A DNA stretch of 64,000 bases, taken from NCBI RefSeq assembly GCF_002113885.1, contig NW_018403589.1:787678-851677 (forward strand), in the 5' to 3' direction. Below the pieces are notes generated by a model. That model had not been told where the DNA came from and ran no database searches. It saw only the letters and a list, made by a program, of their open reading frames with translations. Of this stretch, positions 28,979 through 43,132 are shown one piece after another. The stretch's first letter is position 1; each line of letters begins with the position of its first letter. The stretch comes from Mizuhopecten yessoensis. Taxonomy: Eukaryota. The translations under genes were made by a program, and so were the position numbers.

Positions 28979-30538
28979 TAATGCTGTCTTCCCAAATTGG
29001 AAGAATCATAATTAAAGAAATATTATTTTCAACTTCCGGTTCACGAAACCGTGCTCAAGCATGGATTTTGTGCTCAAGCTTAATTTCTTGTTCTGGTTAT
29101 AAATTCATAAACAAATCATATTTTGCCAAAGGTTTGCAAACATTTTGAAGAGACTTGACCCTGAATACTGTTTTCAATGTTTACATTTGACATTTTAATC
29201 GTTTGACTTGATTTAAGTGAGTAACAAGAATGTTGGTTTCAGCACAGACTCCATACTTGAGCATGAGAACAGTTTCATGAATACAGACTAGGCTGCAATT
29301 GCACCCACTAATGTTAACCATTTACGTTACACTAATAGACGATACTGTAAATTACAATGTTCTGTATCGACAATGCCAACCACTGGTGTAACCAAGGTTA
29401 CTGTAGTGGTAGTTGACATGTAAGCATATTCACCACTATTTGTTTTACCATGGTAAACGTGGTAAGGATTTGAAACAAACCTCATACATACATTCTAATA
29501 TCGCTTAAGAAAGACCTTCAGTTTCGGGGATCATTAGTTTGTTCGGGTTTAACGTCCTCACAAGAGCTAAGACCATATGAAGACGGGTACCCGGGGAGAT
29601 ATTACCGGGAGCAATCAGTGGGGAAGCACGAGAAAAGAATATACAGATATCCAAAGTTTGACAATAAGGGCAGCACTAATACATATTATTATGTGTCTAG
29701 GAAAGGCTCATAAAAGAAGACTCTAGATCCTTCAGGGGGCCATGCTAGTCACCTATTGAAGAATTATTTCACTAAACCTGCAGGACTTACAAGGATTACA
29801 ACTTATTAAACGCAAAACCCTGACAAACAACACAGACACATATACATGGTTGACCTCTTTTATGTTTAAACGCGAAATACGGTGTAATAAATAGACTCAG
29901 TTTTAGTTTATTTATTTCTGAGAGCCAGCCGACTCATAGGTTAAATATCAAACCATTACATCATGTAGTACATGTATATCGAAATTATGTATACAAATAT
30001 AAACTAATAAGTGGAGAGTGAGCTTACAAAGTACATGGGTAGTTTTTCATATCGGACATTGATTTCTCTACGTTTTCTCGTAGCACAATTTAAATATGCA
30101 CTCGTACAATCTGAGACGTCAGATGAACACTTTTATCACATAATGTACTGTGTTATCCAGTGAATATACCAATGTCATATTTTTTTGCGTATTAACCCAT
30201 GTAATATTACCTATCAGCCCTGTGAATAGTTGTAAGCTTCAATTGTTTCAATTGTGACGTCACGCCTAGGACAAGTACATGACGTCACAGGCTAACGCAC
30301 TTAAGTCAAAATGGCGACTTTTTACATTTCGAGGTTGCATAAATGATGACGTTGTACACGAGTAAATGCCACAAATCTTGGTTATGTGATAAAAAGGATC
30401 TTACACTCGTTTTCATTTGATATGAAATGGAAACTCCTGTCAGATCCTATATATATGTGATATATTGTCTATTTATTACATACCTGTTACATACCAATTG
30501 TATTATATATTTTGCAAAACATTTTGCATCATTACTCC

Positions 30539-30735
30539 GGGCCGCGGCGGCCGAGTGGTTTTCTTCGATCACTAGCCCTCCACTGAGTCGCAGGTTTGAG
30601 GTCTTCGTGGGGGCAGTCGTCATGTACCGCCCGCAGGTCGGTGTGTTTTCTCCTGGTGTTCCGGTTTTCCTTTTCGACCAAAACCTGACTTGTTTTTAAA
30701 AGACCATAGATGTTAATAACCGTATTAAGTTCAAT
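30539..30735 (+). mobile_element. V-SINE-like tRNA-derived SINE
   Basis: Head ggccgcggcggccgagtgg (A-box), cactagccctccac, degenerate B-box ggtttgagg, V-domain-like ttttctcctggtgttccggttttcc. Same family at 50816-50950. Confidence 0.7.
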
Positions 30736-30924
30736 TTGCTTTCTGGAAAATTGAACCGAAAAAACAATGGCGGACAAAACGACGCTAATGGCGTAATAAC
30801 GATGTCACGTAGGGTTAAATGACGATACAATATTCGGAAAACCCTAATTGTTTAAACTTTTCGATTTGATGAGTGAACAACAAGAGATAAATTCCTGCCA
30901 AATTACTTCGGCTAGTTGTAGATA

Positions 30925-31255
30925 AATAAATAAATAAATATACAACATTTGATATAGCGCCCTATCTAGCTAACATAAACCACTCTAAAGCGCTTTACAG
31001 TACATAGATAGACAATTGTAAACAGTCAATACAATTAGCATATATATTCATCAATACAATAATGAGGAATTCGTCGGAGCTGCCTTATCAGGCGCTAACT
31101 ACTAGTCCTATGCCACCTGGCTAATATCTCCCTATGTGCGTATGCCTGTTTTCGTGCTGGAGATGTATTGTGTTCCGTTTGTAGTGGGACCGTACTTCAA
31201 ACGGTATCATTTACAGTGCCACCTCACTTGAATGCTACAGCACAGATACCAATAA
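30925..31255 (-). mobile_element. SINE with Meta-like plus Deu-like domains and L2/CR1-type tail (MD-SINE-like), 5'-truncated
   Basis: Minus strand reads ttcaagtgaggtggcactgtaaa...ttagcgcctgataaggcagc...tgtaaagcgcttt...ggcgctatatcaaat...(ATTT)n. Confidence 0.65.
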
Positions 31256-32868
31256 CTTGTATTATCTCACTGTGAAATGCAGCAACTTTTATTACATGGC
31301 TTAAGGACTGGTTGTAACTGTGTATTAAGGTTCACCCTGCTCCTGGGTATGTACAAAATATGTATGGTCAACAACTTAAGTGAAGTCAGCGGCCATCGAA
31401 TCAAAGCCGTTCTTTGATAACTGTTTATCAATTTATTTATTTCTGTATATATTTTTAATGCAAAGATATTAACGAAACACATTCCGCCAATCTTAGTCAC
31501 TTGAACGATTTATTGAAAGCGATTCATGGTGTTATTAAAAGCGGATTACCAAGTATAATGATGTCAAATATAAACATGGCGTCATTACCAAACGAGGTAG
31601 GCTCTGTTGGTGGCGCTCGAAATAGTCTCGTTCGTCGTTAGATCATAACAATAAAAAGGCGGGAAAAAATACGTACAAAACAATTAATTTCGTATTTTCT
31701 TATGAAACCCACGCATTTTATTATCGTTCAGTATACATGTCGATGACACATGCTGATTTAAACAGAAATTAGTAGGTTTCTGCGTGCGTTACTATTGCCT
31801 TTCTTTCAGTGTTGACTCACTTTGCTCTTGTTATCTACTTAGTCACAACTTAACAAGAATGGTTTAACTGCATGACTGTTCTATTTTATACAACGAGTCT
31901 TAAACTGAGGCTGGTTTCTGGTCTATAAGCATTACTTAGGGTTTAATATGGTCCTAAATGTCCCTCATATTTTCATACTTTGCACATAGTCTTTTTATTT
32001 TAGTTTATATATAAAAAAAATGCCGTTATTTTTTTTTATTTATTTGATTTTTCTCCTTCTCTGGCTTTGTTTAGAATTTGGTTAAATAACATAATAGCTA
32101 AAACGACGGAGTCCACGCGTTGCTACCGACATCCCAATCTGACTGTACGTATCCCCGCACCGGTCTTAATTCCTCACATATTGTTAGAGTGACATAACAC
32201 TGCACTTACTTGAAATATACGAAGAAATCTTCCAGTTTATCAATCCTAAGTGCTCTGTATGACTTGTGGAAATGTGGATTGTCTTATGTGAGAATTTGGA
32301 CCAAGATACGGAAATATAAAGACTCGAGCTCCGGTCCGAGTTCCCGGTGATAAATCGTGCTTAATGTTTTCTGGTGTAAATCCGCTAATACTCGGCTTGT
32401 AGTAACACATTCATCGGTGGATTATTGGGGTCCTGGTCCGCTCCAGTACCTCCGGTTACTGATTGAAATTGATGAACACGAAATATGTCATTATTTTGCA
32501 ATGAATGTCGTGTAATAATTGAAACTGAATCTGGACTAGCCTGTTAGACGTACGGGAGACAAGGCAATCCCCAGTCGTTATTATCAAACCCAAAGTGTCA
32601 CAATATCTCTATTTCGTATTCATTAAAAATCAATTGTCGACAGTCAATTCCGTCCTACGTCATTGTCCATAGTTAATGTGCTCCACTACAAATAAAAAGG
32701 ATACAATTTATTTGCCCTTACTCATAAAAAGGAGATTTTCCGAGGATCAACGCGGAAATTTATGTAGAAATTATATAACTTATTCGATTTTAATCACGAA
32801 CTGGTGGTTTGGAGCCGGGCTATAATATCGTATCGGCGTTTTCATTGAGATATTGTTTTGTTTTATAG

Positions 32869-33798
32869 GTTAGCGGTGGCCTTGATACTTACCGCAGAGA
32901 CCGATTTTATAGCGAGAAACAGAAGTATAAACAGTTGTTAGCCTCGCACGAACGTAAAAAGGAGAGGTACAAAAGACGGGACAAACACGCCAAACACAAA
33001 CAGTTCGGACGACCGGACGACATAGTCAGAACCGGAAGTGAGGAGGAAAATGAAACGCACGTCCGACAACGGAGGAACACGCGTAAAAGGAGCATGCGCA
33101 AACGTGACGATGAATTAATGGCGTCAATTGAGCGCCGGGAGAGGATCTTACGCATACACATGGATAGAATGAACCAGCATTACTTGTCCCCTACAGATAC
33201 AAAGGTGCCTAGTGAATATTCGTATAGGTCGTCTTTCCAGCAAGAGTCAAATGATTACCCGTCATACACTCGAACACAAATGGCTGAAACCGGTCGTCCG
33301 CTTTATCGATACATGGAGCCCGTTAATAGACCACCCCAATATCCCGTGGAACCCGAACAGCGCCCATTACATGCGGGACAGTCTGAACTTCCGGTAATCC
33401 CGACCAAGCCGAAGTATTATACACACATTCCACTCCCAGAAAATGTAGAAAGTGAAAGACAACCGGTATTGGAGAACGAACGCGAGGATGCCCGCCACAA
33501 ACGAGCCTCTGTGTTAAACAGGGTGGAGAAACTGCTAAACGATATGGACAGACAAATGAACGGAGGAGAAATTATTTTAAAATCCAAAGCAAAACGTAGT
33601 AGAAAAAAGTTTATAAAGAAAAAAGAGGATACGGATTCCGGAGATGACAGCTACGTGTTCGTGAAGACAACTGTTACGCCGACGCCGCCTCCTTACTCGG
33701 AGTCCCACTCCGATGTAGATGTATCCCTCCCAAGTCTCCCCGCCAGCTCCCTGGGTCCACAGATAGTGTCGAGGATGTCATTTCCGTCCGGAGTTAAG
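32869..33798 (+). CDS. Large coding exon (310 codons) of module A; basic/charged then Pro/Ser-rich, predicted disordered; no recognisable domain
   Basis: Polypyrimidine tract with acceptor ttgttttgttttatag|32869; open frame (ORF 32935-33870 extended upstream); donor AAG|GTAAGA at 33799; phase 0-0; GC richer than flanks. Confidence 0.82.
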
Positions 33799-33989
33799 GT
33801 AAGATACAGTAGAATTAAAACCATATGTATACCATTGTACATGACGTATTCAAAATACATCAGCAGATAAGTTTAACCGGATGGAGTCAAATAGATTGTG
33901 AAGTAATCGAACTGAATCCATGATTAAACATAGAAATATTTAAGAGTTTAATTCTGAGAATTATTATATCATTATTGAAGTTGGATTAT

Positions 33990-34750
33990 GTAAAGTGTAT
34001 TTTGAGAAGCATCCTTTAATTATTTGATGTCCGATAGGTGGATTTATTTCTGTTAAACATCCAATCACAATTGGAGTCTGGTGTGCTAAATACTTCTAAG
34101 GGATATTCTGTCAGCGTCAATGTGTTAAGTTTATTTCTCAGATACGATCTGCCATTGTTGGATTTCTCTGTGTTGAATTTGTTTTCTAAGAGACATTTGT
34201 TTTCATTTTTGGAGTTCCGGCATGTTACATGTATTAAGGTGTATTCGGAATACCTCGGTCGATATTTACTTTATATTTACTTTATAATAACAGAACAAAA
34301 CGTATGTGTTAGAAATTATCGAATGTTCTATTGAGTGTAACATGTAAGTATGAAGAACATAATAATTGAGTAGGTGGAAGGGTAGATTATATCCACATTT
34401 CAGGGATGTCTGGGTGAGACTCTACTTGTTCTAGTCTGCACAGCTGTATAATTGAGTATTATGTAACATCCTAAGCAATCATATACCGAACACTTATCAA
34501 TGAGGCAGAGATTGTCTTTGCCTTTTGGTCCGGACGCCAACTGATGCATTGTCGCGTCTTGCTTTCTATAAGTATGGCGTAATTATATATAGAATCATTT
34601 AGATACTTTTTCTCCAGAGCTACATTGTTAGTAGGATGCCTGCTCTGTATTACGTTTCCTTATCGTATTGCCACTTATAGGTCCAGATTTGTTTCGAATT
34701 TTCGTGAAGCTATATCTAACATAATGTGTTTTGTGAAATACAGTAATAAC
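33990..34750 (-). pseudogene. Possible highly decayed LINE APE-endonuclease relic
   Basis: Minus-strand fragments in the expected order: FETNLD, HTYRK, EVFSTPDSNCDW (cf. ET.L, YR.DR, GDFNCD motifs); many stops. Confidence 0.25.
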
Positions 34751-35309
34751 CCGATGGCGTGATTTTTAGATGACGTTTATCTTGTAGCATTTTGACACGT
34801 AGTGTTGATACTTGTCTTTATTTTTTTTAAATTAGACTTTAGGAAATGACTTGTTTTTTTGTTCATTATATTAGAAATAAATAAAACATGTATATTAAGG
34901 TTATTTAGGACATTACCCTCCGCTTCTTATAGTTACAGAGAATTTCCTGAAACATGAGACACATTTTATTTCCGCATTATCGGTATTAAAGTTCAGTTTA
35001 TATATCGATTTAAGTTACAAAGAATATGGCATAACACATAAAACCTCTTATGTATACATGACAATCAACAAACAATCGTAAACCAAAGAGATTCCAATAG
35101 CTCTCCCACACCATCGCCTTTTCAGAGTTTTGTATAATGCCAAAGCTCCACAGAAGTGAACGAGTTTAGAAACCACGCTGTCTCAATCCTTAGCTTATTT
35201 GAAAGACGCAATAATTGAAAAAAAAAATCTAGGCCAATGTGACGTCAGACAATTCGGAGAATTTAAGAAAAGAAAGTTCGATCGATACGTAAAGTCCAGA
35301 TCTCTTTAC

Positions 35310-36700
35310 ATATATTATAGTTATACGTTCATTGTTCTGTAACTACTGTAGCTATGCGTTCATAGCTCGATAAATGATGTAGGTATAGGTTAAGATTAAT
35401 TTCCATTAAAGAAGTGTGTTCATAGCTCTGTAATTACTATAGCCATATCTTAATATAAACGGTTTAGTAATATTTCTGTTTTGATTAAAACATATTTCAT
35501 TTGCAAAAAATACAAAAAGGATTAGACACAAGTTAAAAAATAATAAGTCGACTCCATCTCTTTAAACAACATGTTCATGGTTCTGTCATTACAGTTTCTA
35601 TAAGTACTTTAAACATATTGTATTGGCAATTAATTTGACCAAGGGATTAGGCACAAGTTTTTACAACTTACCGCAGCCTTCTCCCGTCGTACAATTAGGC
35701 ATAAACATGAAGTAGATACATATATAATATTCACACAGGTACAAAAACACAACATAAAAAACACCGTTCAAAATATAACGCTTGATTTAAATTGATGAAG
35801 TGGTGCACATGGCTAAAAATGTCAGAGCTAAGGTCCACCGAAAGATCTGAACAGCCAAATAAAAGAAGCTCCAAATTAAAGTCTATACCTAAGGCATTCA
35901 AGTTTTAAAACAAAATACGCCTTTCATTGCATAAAAGTTGACACTCTAAGAAAACGTGAAAGGAATTCTCACAGATGCAAACTGGATTTTCGACAAGATT
36001 AACTCTAAAACGGTCATACTAAAGGGAACTACACTTGTGCCTCAGTTTAGGAGGGGATGTTGTACATTTAAANTAAAAGAGTTTTTTTTTTTTTTTTTTT
36101 TTTTCTAAAATAAATATATTAGTTATACGTTTACAACTCTGTAAATATTAAAGCTATCATTTCATAGCTCTATAAATAGTATAACCATAGGTCTAAAACT
36201 GTCATAATTATAATCTCTACAAATATATGAGATATACGTTCATTGCTCCATGAATGTTGTAGCGATAAGGCATACTTTTACTTCTATATATTATATCTAT
36301 AAATTAAAATCTCTATAGTATGATCACTATCAGCTATTAGCTATATTAACTGCTGTTATATATTCATAGCTCGGATAATATGACAGCTTTAAATTCATTG
36401 CTCTTTCAGTGTACTAGCGATAAGCCATGATTTTATAGATATGTTAGCTACCGTTGTAAGTTTAAAGCTCTCAAAGTATAATGGAATTGAGCAATTTCAT
36501 CTTGTTATCAAGCCCATACATACATACATTGTACATACATGTAGCTCTGTATATTATTATTAAAGCTATACACGTTTATAACTCTGTATAAATGATAGTC
36601 CTTATGTTTATAGCGCCGTAACGATTACATATAAATATATAACTCCAGAGCGTGGTTCAACAGTAGTAGAAATAGAATTATAAGTTCGTAGCTGTGTTTT
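35310..36700. repeat. Ancient degenerate ~33-bp tandem repeat (tagctatacgttcatagctctgtaa-like), interrupted
   Basis: Recurrent ttcatagctc / agctat motifs at 35320-35450 and 36120-36695. Confidence 0.4.
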
Positions 36701-37393
36701 CCGACACTGATTGCACGGTTAATGCCGATAATACACTGCTGCTTTCACGGTTATCTCCCTCTAAGCACACAAGTCCAGAAATTGCACAGTTCGACATGCA
36801 TTGCAAGTTGTATTATCTGGACTCGACTGAAAAATAAACATGGCGTCTGATGTCTCATCAAAATTTAATGTATAGGTTGCCAGAAAAAGCAGTTGTTTAC
36901 AAACTAATCAGTATGTATGCTTGTATTATTGTGGATGTAAACCGAGGATGACAAAATACAAATGACAAAAAACAATTAATGAAAGCCCTTAATTTCCAAA
37001 TTATCGAATCTCGACTATCGTACTATAAAACGAATACCACCAAATATATGCAAGAATGTATTGATTTTAGCTGGTCTACCGTGAAAAAGGGATTAAATTA
37101 ACTTCACATATTGTCAGGTCGCTAGACCTAGATATCTATTAGTTGTCACGTGATTTCTCGTTTTCATTTTACCAACAGGCCGATGTAACATTCTATGTTA
37201 TCATTCCTGACGCTGCAGCCAGTGGTCGTGTTTGGCTAATTAAAATGGAACATTTTAAGATGTACAAGCCCGCGTGCATCCTCACTCGACAAAGCTAATT
37301 TGTGAAAGACCACTGGCTCATACACAGCACATTTGTTAACCCTTAAAGCACTAAGCCCTTTGTCAGAATAATGTCACCTATGGGCGGCCGTTT

Positions 37394-40300
37394 TACATTG
37401 TCGGTAGAGAGCAGTATGTCAACATGGGGACACAAACTTTTGAAGGTCTTTATTATACATTGACAGTAAAGAGCAGTATGTCAACATGGGGACACAAACT
37501 GTTAAATGTCATTATTATACATTGACAGACGAGAGCAGTATGTCAACATGGGGACACAAGCTGCTGAATGTCTTTATTATACATTGACAGTAGAGAGCAG
37601 TATGTCAATATGAGGATACAAGCTGTTGAAGGTCTTTCTTATACATTGACAGTAGGGAGCAGTATGTCAACATGGGGACACAAGCTGTTGAATGTTTTTA
37701 TTATATATTGCGGTAGGGAGCAGTATGTCAACATGGGGACACAAGCTGTTGAATGTTTTTATTATACATTGTCGGTAGGGAGCAGTATGTCAACATTGGG
37801 ACACAAGCTGTTGAAGGTCTTTATTATACATTGTCGGTAGGGAGCAGTATGTCAACATGGGGACACAAGCTGTTGAATGTTTTTATTATAACATAACTTG
37901 ACAGTAGAAAGCAGTATGTCAACATGGGGACACAAGCTGTTGAATGTCTTTATTATAACTTGACAGTAGGGAGCAGTATGTCGACATGGGGACACAAGCT
38001 GCTGAAGGTTTTTATTATACATTGACAGTAGAGAGCAGTATGTCGACATGGGGACACAAGCTGTTGAATGTCTTTATTATACATTGACAGTAGAGAGCAG
38101 TATGTCAACGGTCTTTATTATACATTGACAGTAAAGAGCAGTATGTCAACATGGGGACACAAAATGTTGAATGTCTTTATTATACATTGTCGGTAGAGAG
38201 CAGTGTGTCAACATGGGGACAAACGCTGTTGAATGTCTTTATTATACATTGACAGTAGGGATCAGTATGTCGACATGGGGACACAAGCTGTTGAAGGTCT
38301 TTAGTATATATTGTCAGTAGAGAGCAGGATGTCAACATGGGGACACAAACTGTTGAAGGTCTTTATTATACATTGTCGGTAGAGAGCAGTATGTCAACAT
38401 GGGGACACAATCTGTTGAATGTCTTTATTATAACTTGACAGTAGGGAGCAGTATGTCGACATGGGGACACAAGCTGTTGAAGGTCTTTAGTATATATTGT
38501 CAGTAGAGAGCAGGATGTCAACATGGGGACACAAACTGTTGAAGGGCTTTATTATACATTGTCGGTAGGGAGCAGTATGTCAACATTGGGACACAAGCTG
38601 TTGAAGGGCTTTATTATACATTGTCGGTAGGGAGCAGTATGTCAACATTGGGACACAAGCTGTTGAAGGTCTTTATTATACATTGTCAGTAGAGAGAAGT
38701 ATGTCAACATGGGGACACAAACTGTTAAATGTCTTTATTATACATTGTCGGTAGAGAGCAGGATGTCAACATGGGGACACAAACTGTTGAATGTCTTTAT
38801 TATACATTGTCAGTAGAGAGCAGTGTGTCAACATGGGGACACACGCTGTTGAAGGTCTTTATTATACATTGACAGTAGAGAGGAGTATGTCAACATGGGG
38901 ACACAATCTGTTGAAGGTTTTTATTATACATTGTCGGTAGAGAGCAGTGTGTCAACATGGGTCCACAATCTGTTGAAGGTCTTTATTATACATTGTCGGT
39001 GCGAGCAGTATGGCAACATGGGGACACAAACTGTTGAATGTCTTTATTATACATTGTCGGTAGAGAGCAGGATGTCAACATGGGGACACAAACTGTTGAA
39101 TGTCTTTATTATACATTGATAGTAGAGAGCAGTATGTCAACATGGGGACACAATCTGTTGAAGGTTTTTATTATACATTGTCGGTAGAGAGCAGTGTGTC
39201 AACATTGGGACACAAGCTGTTGAAGGTCTTTATTATACATTGTCAGTAGAGAGCAGTATGTCAACATGGGGACACACGCTGTTGAAGGTCTTTATTATAC
39301 ATTGACAGTAGAGAGGAGTATGTCAACATGGGGACACAATCTGTTGAAGGTTTTTATTATACATTGTCGGTAGAGAGCAGTGTGTCAACATGGGGACACA
39401 AGCTGTTGAATGTTTTTATTATACATTGTCGGTAGGGAGCAGTATGTCAACATTGGGACACAAGCCGTTGAAGGTCTTTATTATACATTGTCGGTAGAGA
39501 GCAGTGTGTCAACATGGGTCCACAATCTGTTGAAGGTCTTTATTATACATTGACAGTAGAGAGGAGTATGTCAACATGGGGACACAATCTGTTGAAGGTT
39601 TTTATTATACATTGTCGGTAGAGAGCAGTATGTCAACATGGATACACAATCTGTTGAAGGTCTTTATTATACGAGCAGTATGTCGACATGGGGACACAAG
39701 CTGTTGAAGGTCTTTAGTATATATTGTCAGTAGAGAGCAGTATGTCAACATGGGGACACACGCTGTTGAAGGTCTTTATTATACATTGACAGTAGAGAGG
39801 AGTATGTCAACATGGGGACACAATCTGTTGAAGGTTTTTATTATACATTGTCGGTAGAGAGCAGTGTGTCAACATTGGGACACAAGCTGTTGAAGGGCTT
39901 TATTATACATTGTCAGTAGAGAGCAGTGTGTCAACATGGGGACACACGCTGTTGAAGGTCTTTATTATACATTGTCGGTAGAGAGCAGGATGTCAACATG
40001 GGGACACAAACTGTTGAATATCTTTATTATACATTGACAGTAGAGAGCAGTGTGTCAACATGGGGACACAAGCTGTTGAATGTCTTTCTTATACATTGAC
40101 AGTAGAGAGCAGTATGTCAACATGGGGACACAAACTGTTGAATGTCTTTATTATACATGTATACATTGACAGTAGAGAGCAGTATGTCAACATGGGGACA
40201 CAAACTGTTGAATGTCTTTATTATACATGTATACATTGACAGTAGAGAGCAGTATGTCAACATGGGGACACAAACTGTTGAATGTCTTTATTATACATGT

Positions 40301-42338
40301 ATACATTGACAGTAGAGAGCAGTATGTCAACATGGGGACACAAACTGTTGAATGTCTTTATTATACATGTATACATTGACAGTAGAGAGCAGTATGTCAA
40401 CATGGGGACACAAACTGTTGAATGTCTTTATTATACATGTATACATTGACAGTAGAGAGCAGTATGTCAACATGGGGACACAAACTGTTGAATGTCTTTA
40501 TTATACATGTATACATTGACAGTAGAGAGCAGTATGTCAACATGGGGACACAAACTGTTGAATGTCTTTATTATACATGTATACATTGACAGTAGAGAGC
40601 AGTATGTCAACATGGGGACACAAACTGTTGAATGTCTTTATTATACATGTATACATTGACAGTAGAGAGCAGTATGTCAACATGGGGACACAAACTGTTG
40701 AATGTCTTTATTATACATGTATACATTGACAGTAGAGAGCAGTATGTCAACATGGGGACACAAACTGTTGAATGTCTTTATTATACATGTATACATTGAC
40801 AGTAGAGAGCAGTATGTCAACATGGGGACACAAACTGTTGAATGTCTTTATTATACATGTATACATTGACAGTAGAGAGCAGTATGTCAACATGGGGACA
40901 CAAACTGTTGAATGTCTTTATTATACATGTATACATTGACAGTAGAGAGCAGTATGTCAACATGGGGACACAAACTGTTGAATGTCTTTATTATACATGT
41001 ATACATTGACAGTAGAGAGCAGTATGTCAACATGGGGACACAAACTGTTGAATGTCTTTATTATACATGTATACATTGACAGTAGAGAGCAGTATGTCAA
41101 CATGGGGACACAAACTGTTGAATGTCTTTATTATACATGTATACATTGACAGTAGAGAGCAGTATGTCAACATGGGGACACAAACTGTTGAATGTCTTTA
41201 TTATACATGTATACATTGACAGTAGAGAGCAGTATGTCAACATGGGGACACAAACTGTTGAATGTCTTTATTATACATGTATACATTGACAGTAGAGAGC
41301 AGTATGTCAACATGGGGACACAAACTGTTGAATGTCTTTATTATACATGTATACATTGACAGTAGAGAGCAGTATGTCAACATGGGGACACAAACTGTTG
41401 AATGTCTTTATTATACATGTATACATTGACAGTAGAGAGCAGTATGTCAACATGGGGACACAAACTGTTGAAGGTCTTTATTATACATTTTCGGTAGAGA
41501 GTAGTATGTCAACATGGGGACACAAACTGTTGAATGTTTTTATTATGCATGTATACATTGACAGTAGAGAGCAGATTGTCAACATGGGGACACAAACTGT
41601 TGAATGTCTTTATTATACATGTATACATTGACAGTAGAGAGCAGTATGTCAACATGGGGACACAAACTGTTAAAGGTCTTTATTATACATTGATAGTAGA
41701 GAGCAGTATGTCAACATGGGGACACAAACGGTTGAAGGTCTTTATTATACTTTGTCGGTAGAGAGCAGAGTGTCAGCATGGGGACACAAGCTGTTGAAGG
41801 TCTTTATTATACATTGTCAGTAGGGAGCAGTATGTCAACATGGGGACACAAGCTGTTGAAGGTCTTTATTATACATTGTCAGTAGGGAGCAGTATGTCAA
41901 CATGGGGACACAAGCTGTTGAAGGTCTTTATTATACATTGACAGTAGAGAGTAGTATGTCAACATGGGGACACAAACTGTTAAAGGTCTTTATTATACAT
42001 TGACAGTAGAGAGCAGTATGTCAACATGGGGACACAATCTGTTGAAGGTCTTTATTAGACATCGTCGGTAGGGAGCAGTATGTCAACATGGGGACACAAT
42101 CTGTTGAAGGTCTTTATTAGACATTGTCGGTAGGGAGCAGTATGTCAACATGGGGACAAAAACTGTTGAATGTCTTTATTATACATTGACAGTAGAGAGT
42201 AGTATGTCAACATGGGGACACAAACTGTTAAAGGTCTCTATTATACATTGACAGTAGAGAGCAGTATGTCAACATGGGGACACAAACTGTTGAAGTTCTT
42301 TATTATACTTTGTCAGTAGATAGCAGTATGTCAACATG
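37394..42338. repeat. Satellite, 62-bp unit (GACAGTAGAGAGCAGTATGTCAACATGGGGACACAAACTGTTGAATGTCTTTATTATACATT) with an internal homogeneous block of a 70-bp variant (~40100-41470)
   Basis: About 75-80 copies; 70-bp units carry an 8-bp duplication (TATACATG TATACATT); degenerate monomers continue to ~43350. Confidence 0.97.
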
Positions 42339-42349
42339 TTAACATCACT

Positions 42350-42925
42350 TCAAAAGTGGTTTGATGGTATTGAAATCTCCTCTCGACGACAGATGTACTC
42401 AGTTTTCAAGACACAATTTAAATTTGAAAAATATCTTTTGAAATTAAATACCAAAGACAGAAAATACATTATAAAATTCCGTACTTCAAATATACATTGA
42501 CCATTAGAAACACGCCGATGGACTGGCTTGCCACGCCAGGATTAAAAGTGTGAATTATGAAATGTGGAAATTGGGGATGAATTTCACTATTCATTCAAAT
42601 GTGAATATGATTTGATATGCAATATTAGAAAATTATTCATACCAGATTACTGTTGTAAAAATCCACGCTTGGCTAAAATACAAGGTCTTTGCACAATTTG
42701 TAATACACGAGTTCTGACTCGTATTAGTAGATTTCTAGAAAAATTAGACAGAATTTTGAAAGCATAGTTATATTTACATAGTAATGTTTTTTTCTGTTAT
42801 GTGATGTACTTTCTTCTATATCAACTTCCTACTGTATCATATTATGTTCCGCCATGTTTAAAATGTGTCAACTGTATGACCTCTTGTTTCGCACTAGTGC
42901 GACTGAGTGAACAAATGAAATCTTG
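42350..42925 (+). mobile_element. 5'-truncated non-LTR retrotransposon (RTE-X/CR1-like): ORF2 C-terminus with zinc-knuckle region plus 3' UTR
   Basis: Single frame QKWFDGIEISSRRQMYSVFKTQFKFEKYLLKL...KFRTSNIH*PLETRRW...KCEL*NVEIGDEFHYSFKC matches the FK..F.FEKYL / KFR.S.H.L.IE.GRW / C..C...GDEFHY...C pattern; three in-frame stops. Confidence 0.85.
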
Positions 42926-42941
42926 GTAACATATATATTAC

Positions 42942-43070
42942 TGTATAGCGGAACTGGACTGGGTCAATCGCCGGCGACCAGGTAGCTTAATTGGGTAGAG
43001 CATCTGTCTAGACTTCGGAGCTCCTATGTTCGAATCCCAGTCCACCCTGAATAATTAACCCATCTGTTGA
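42942..43070 (+). mobile_element. tRNA-containing short element, left copy (more decayed)
   Basis: tagcggaactggactgggtcaatcg leader, A-box TAGCTTAATTGG at 42983, B-box GTTCGAATCC at 43028; homologous to 43133-43252 in opposite orientation. Confidence 0.75.
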
Positions 43071-43132
43071 TGGTAACAGTATGTCGACCGATGTTAACAT
43101 TACGTTTATATACAGAAATACCATACATGTTG

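Noticed and set aside
37179-37298. Phase-0 candidate terminal exon (ADVTFYVIIPDAAASGRVW...RQS*) after a strong acceptor
   Set aside because: Only an acceptor and a short frame support it. Kept as an alternative ending for module A but not called
37568-41761. ORFs in the 62/70-bp satellite (also 3727-3930, 15223-15634, 63592-63928)
   Set aside because: Translations of tandem repeats
43071-43080. TGGTAACAG as a primer-binding site after the left tRNA element
   Set aside because: The surrounding text is equally explained as a decayed 62-bp satellite monomer, and no internal LTR-element sequence follows
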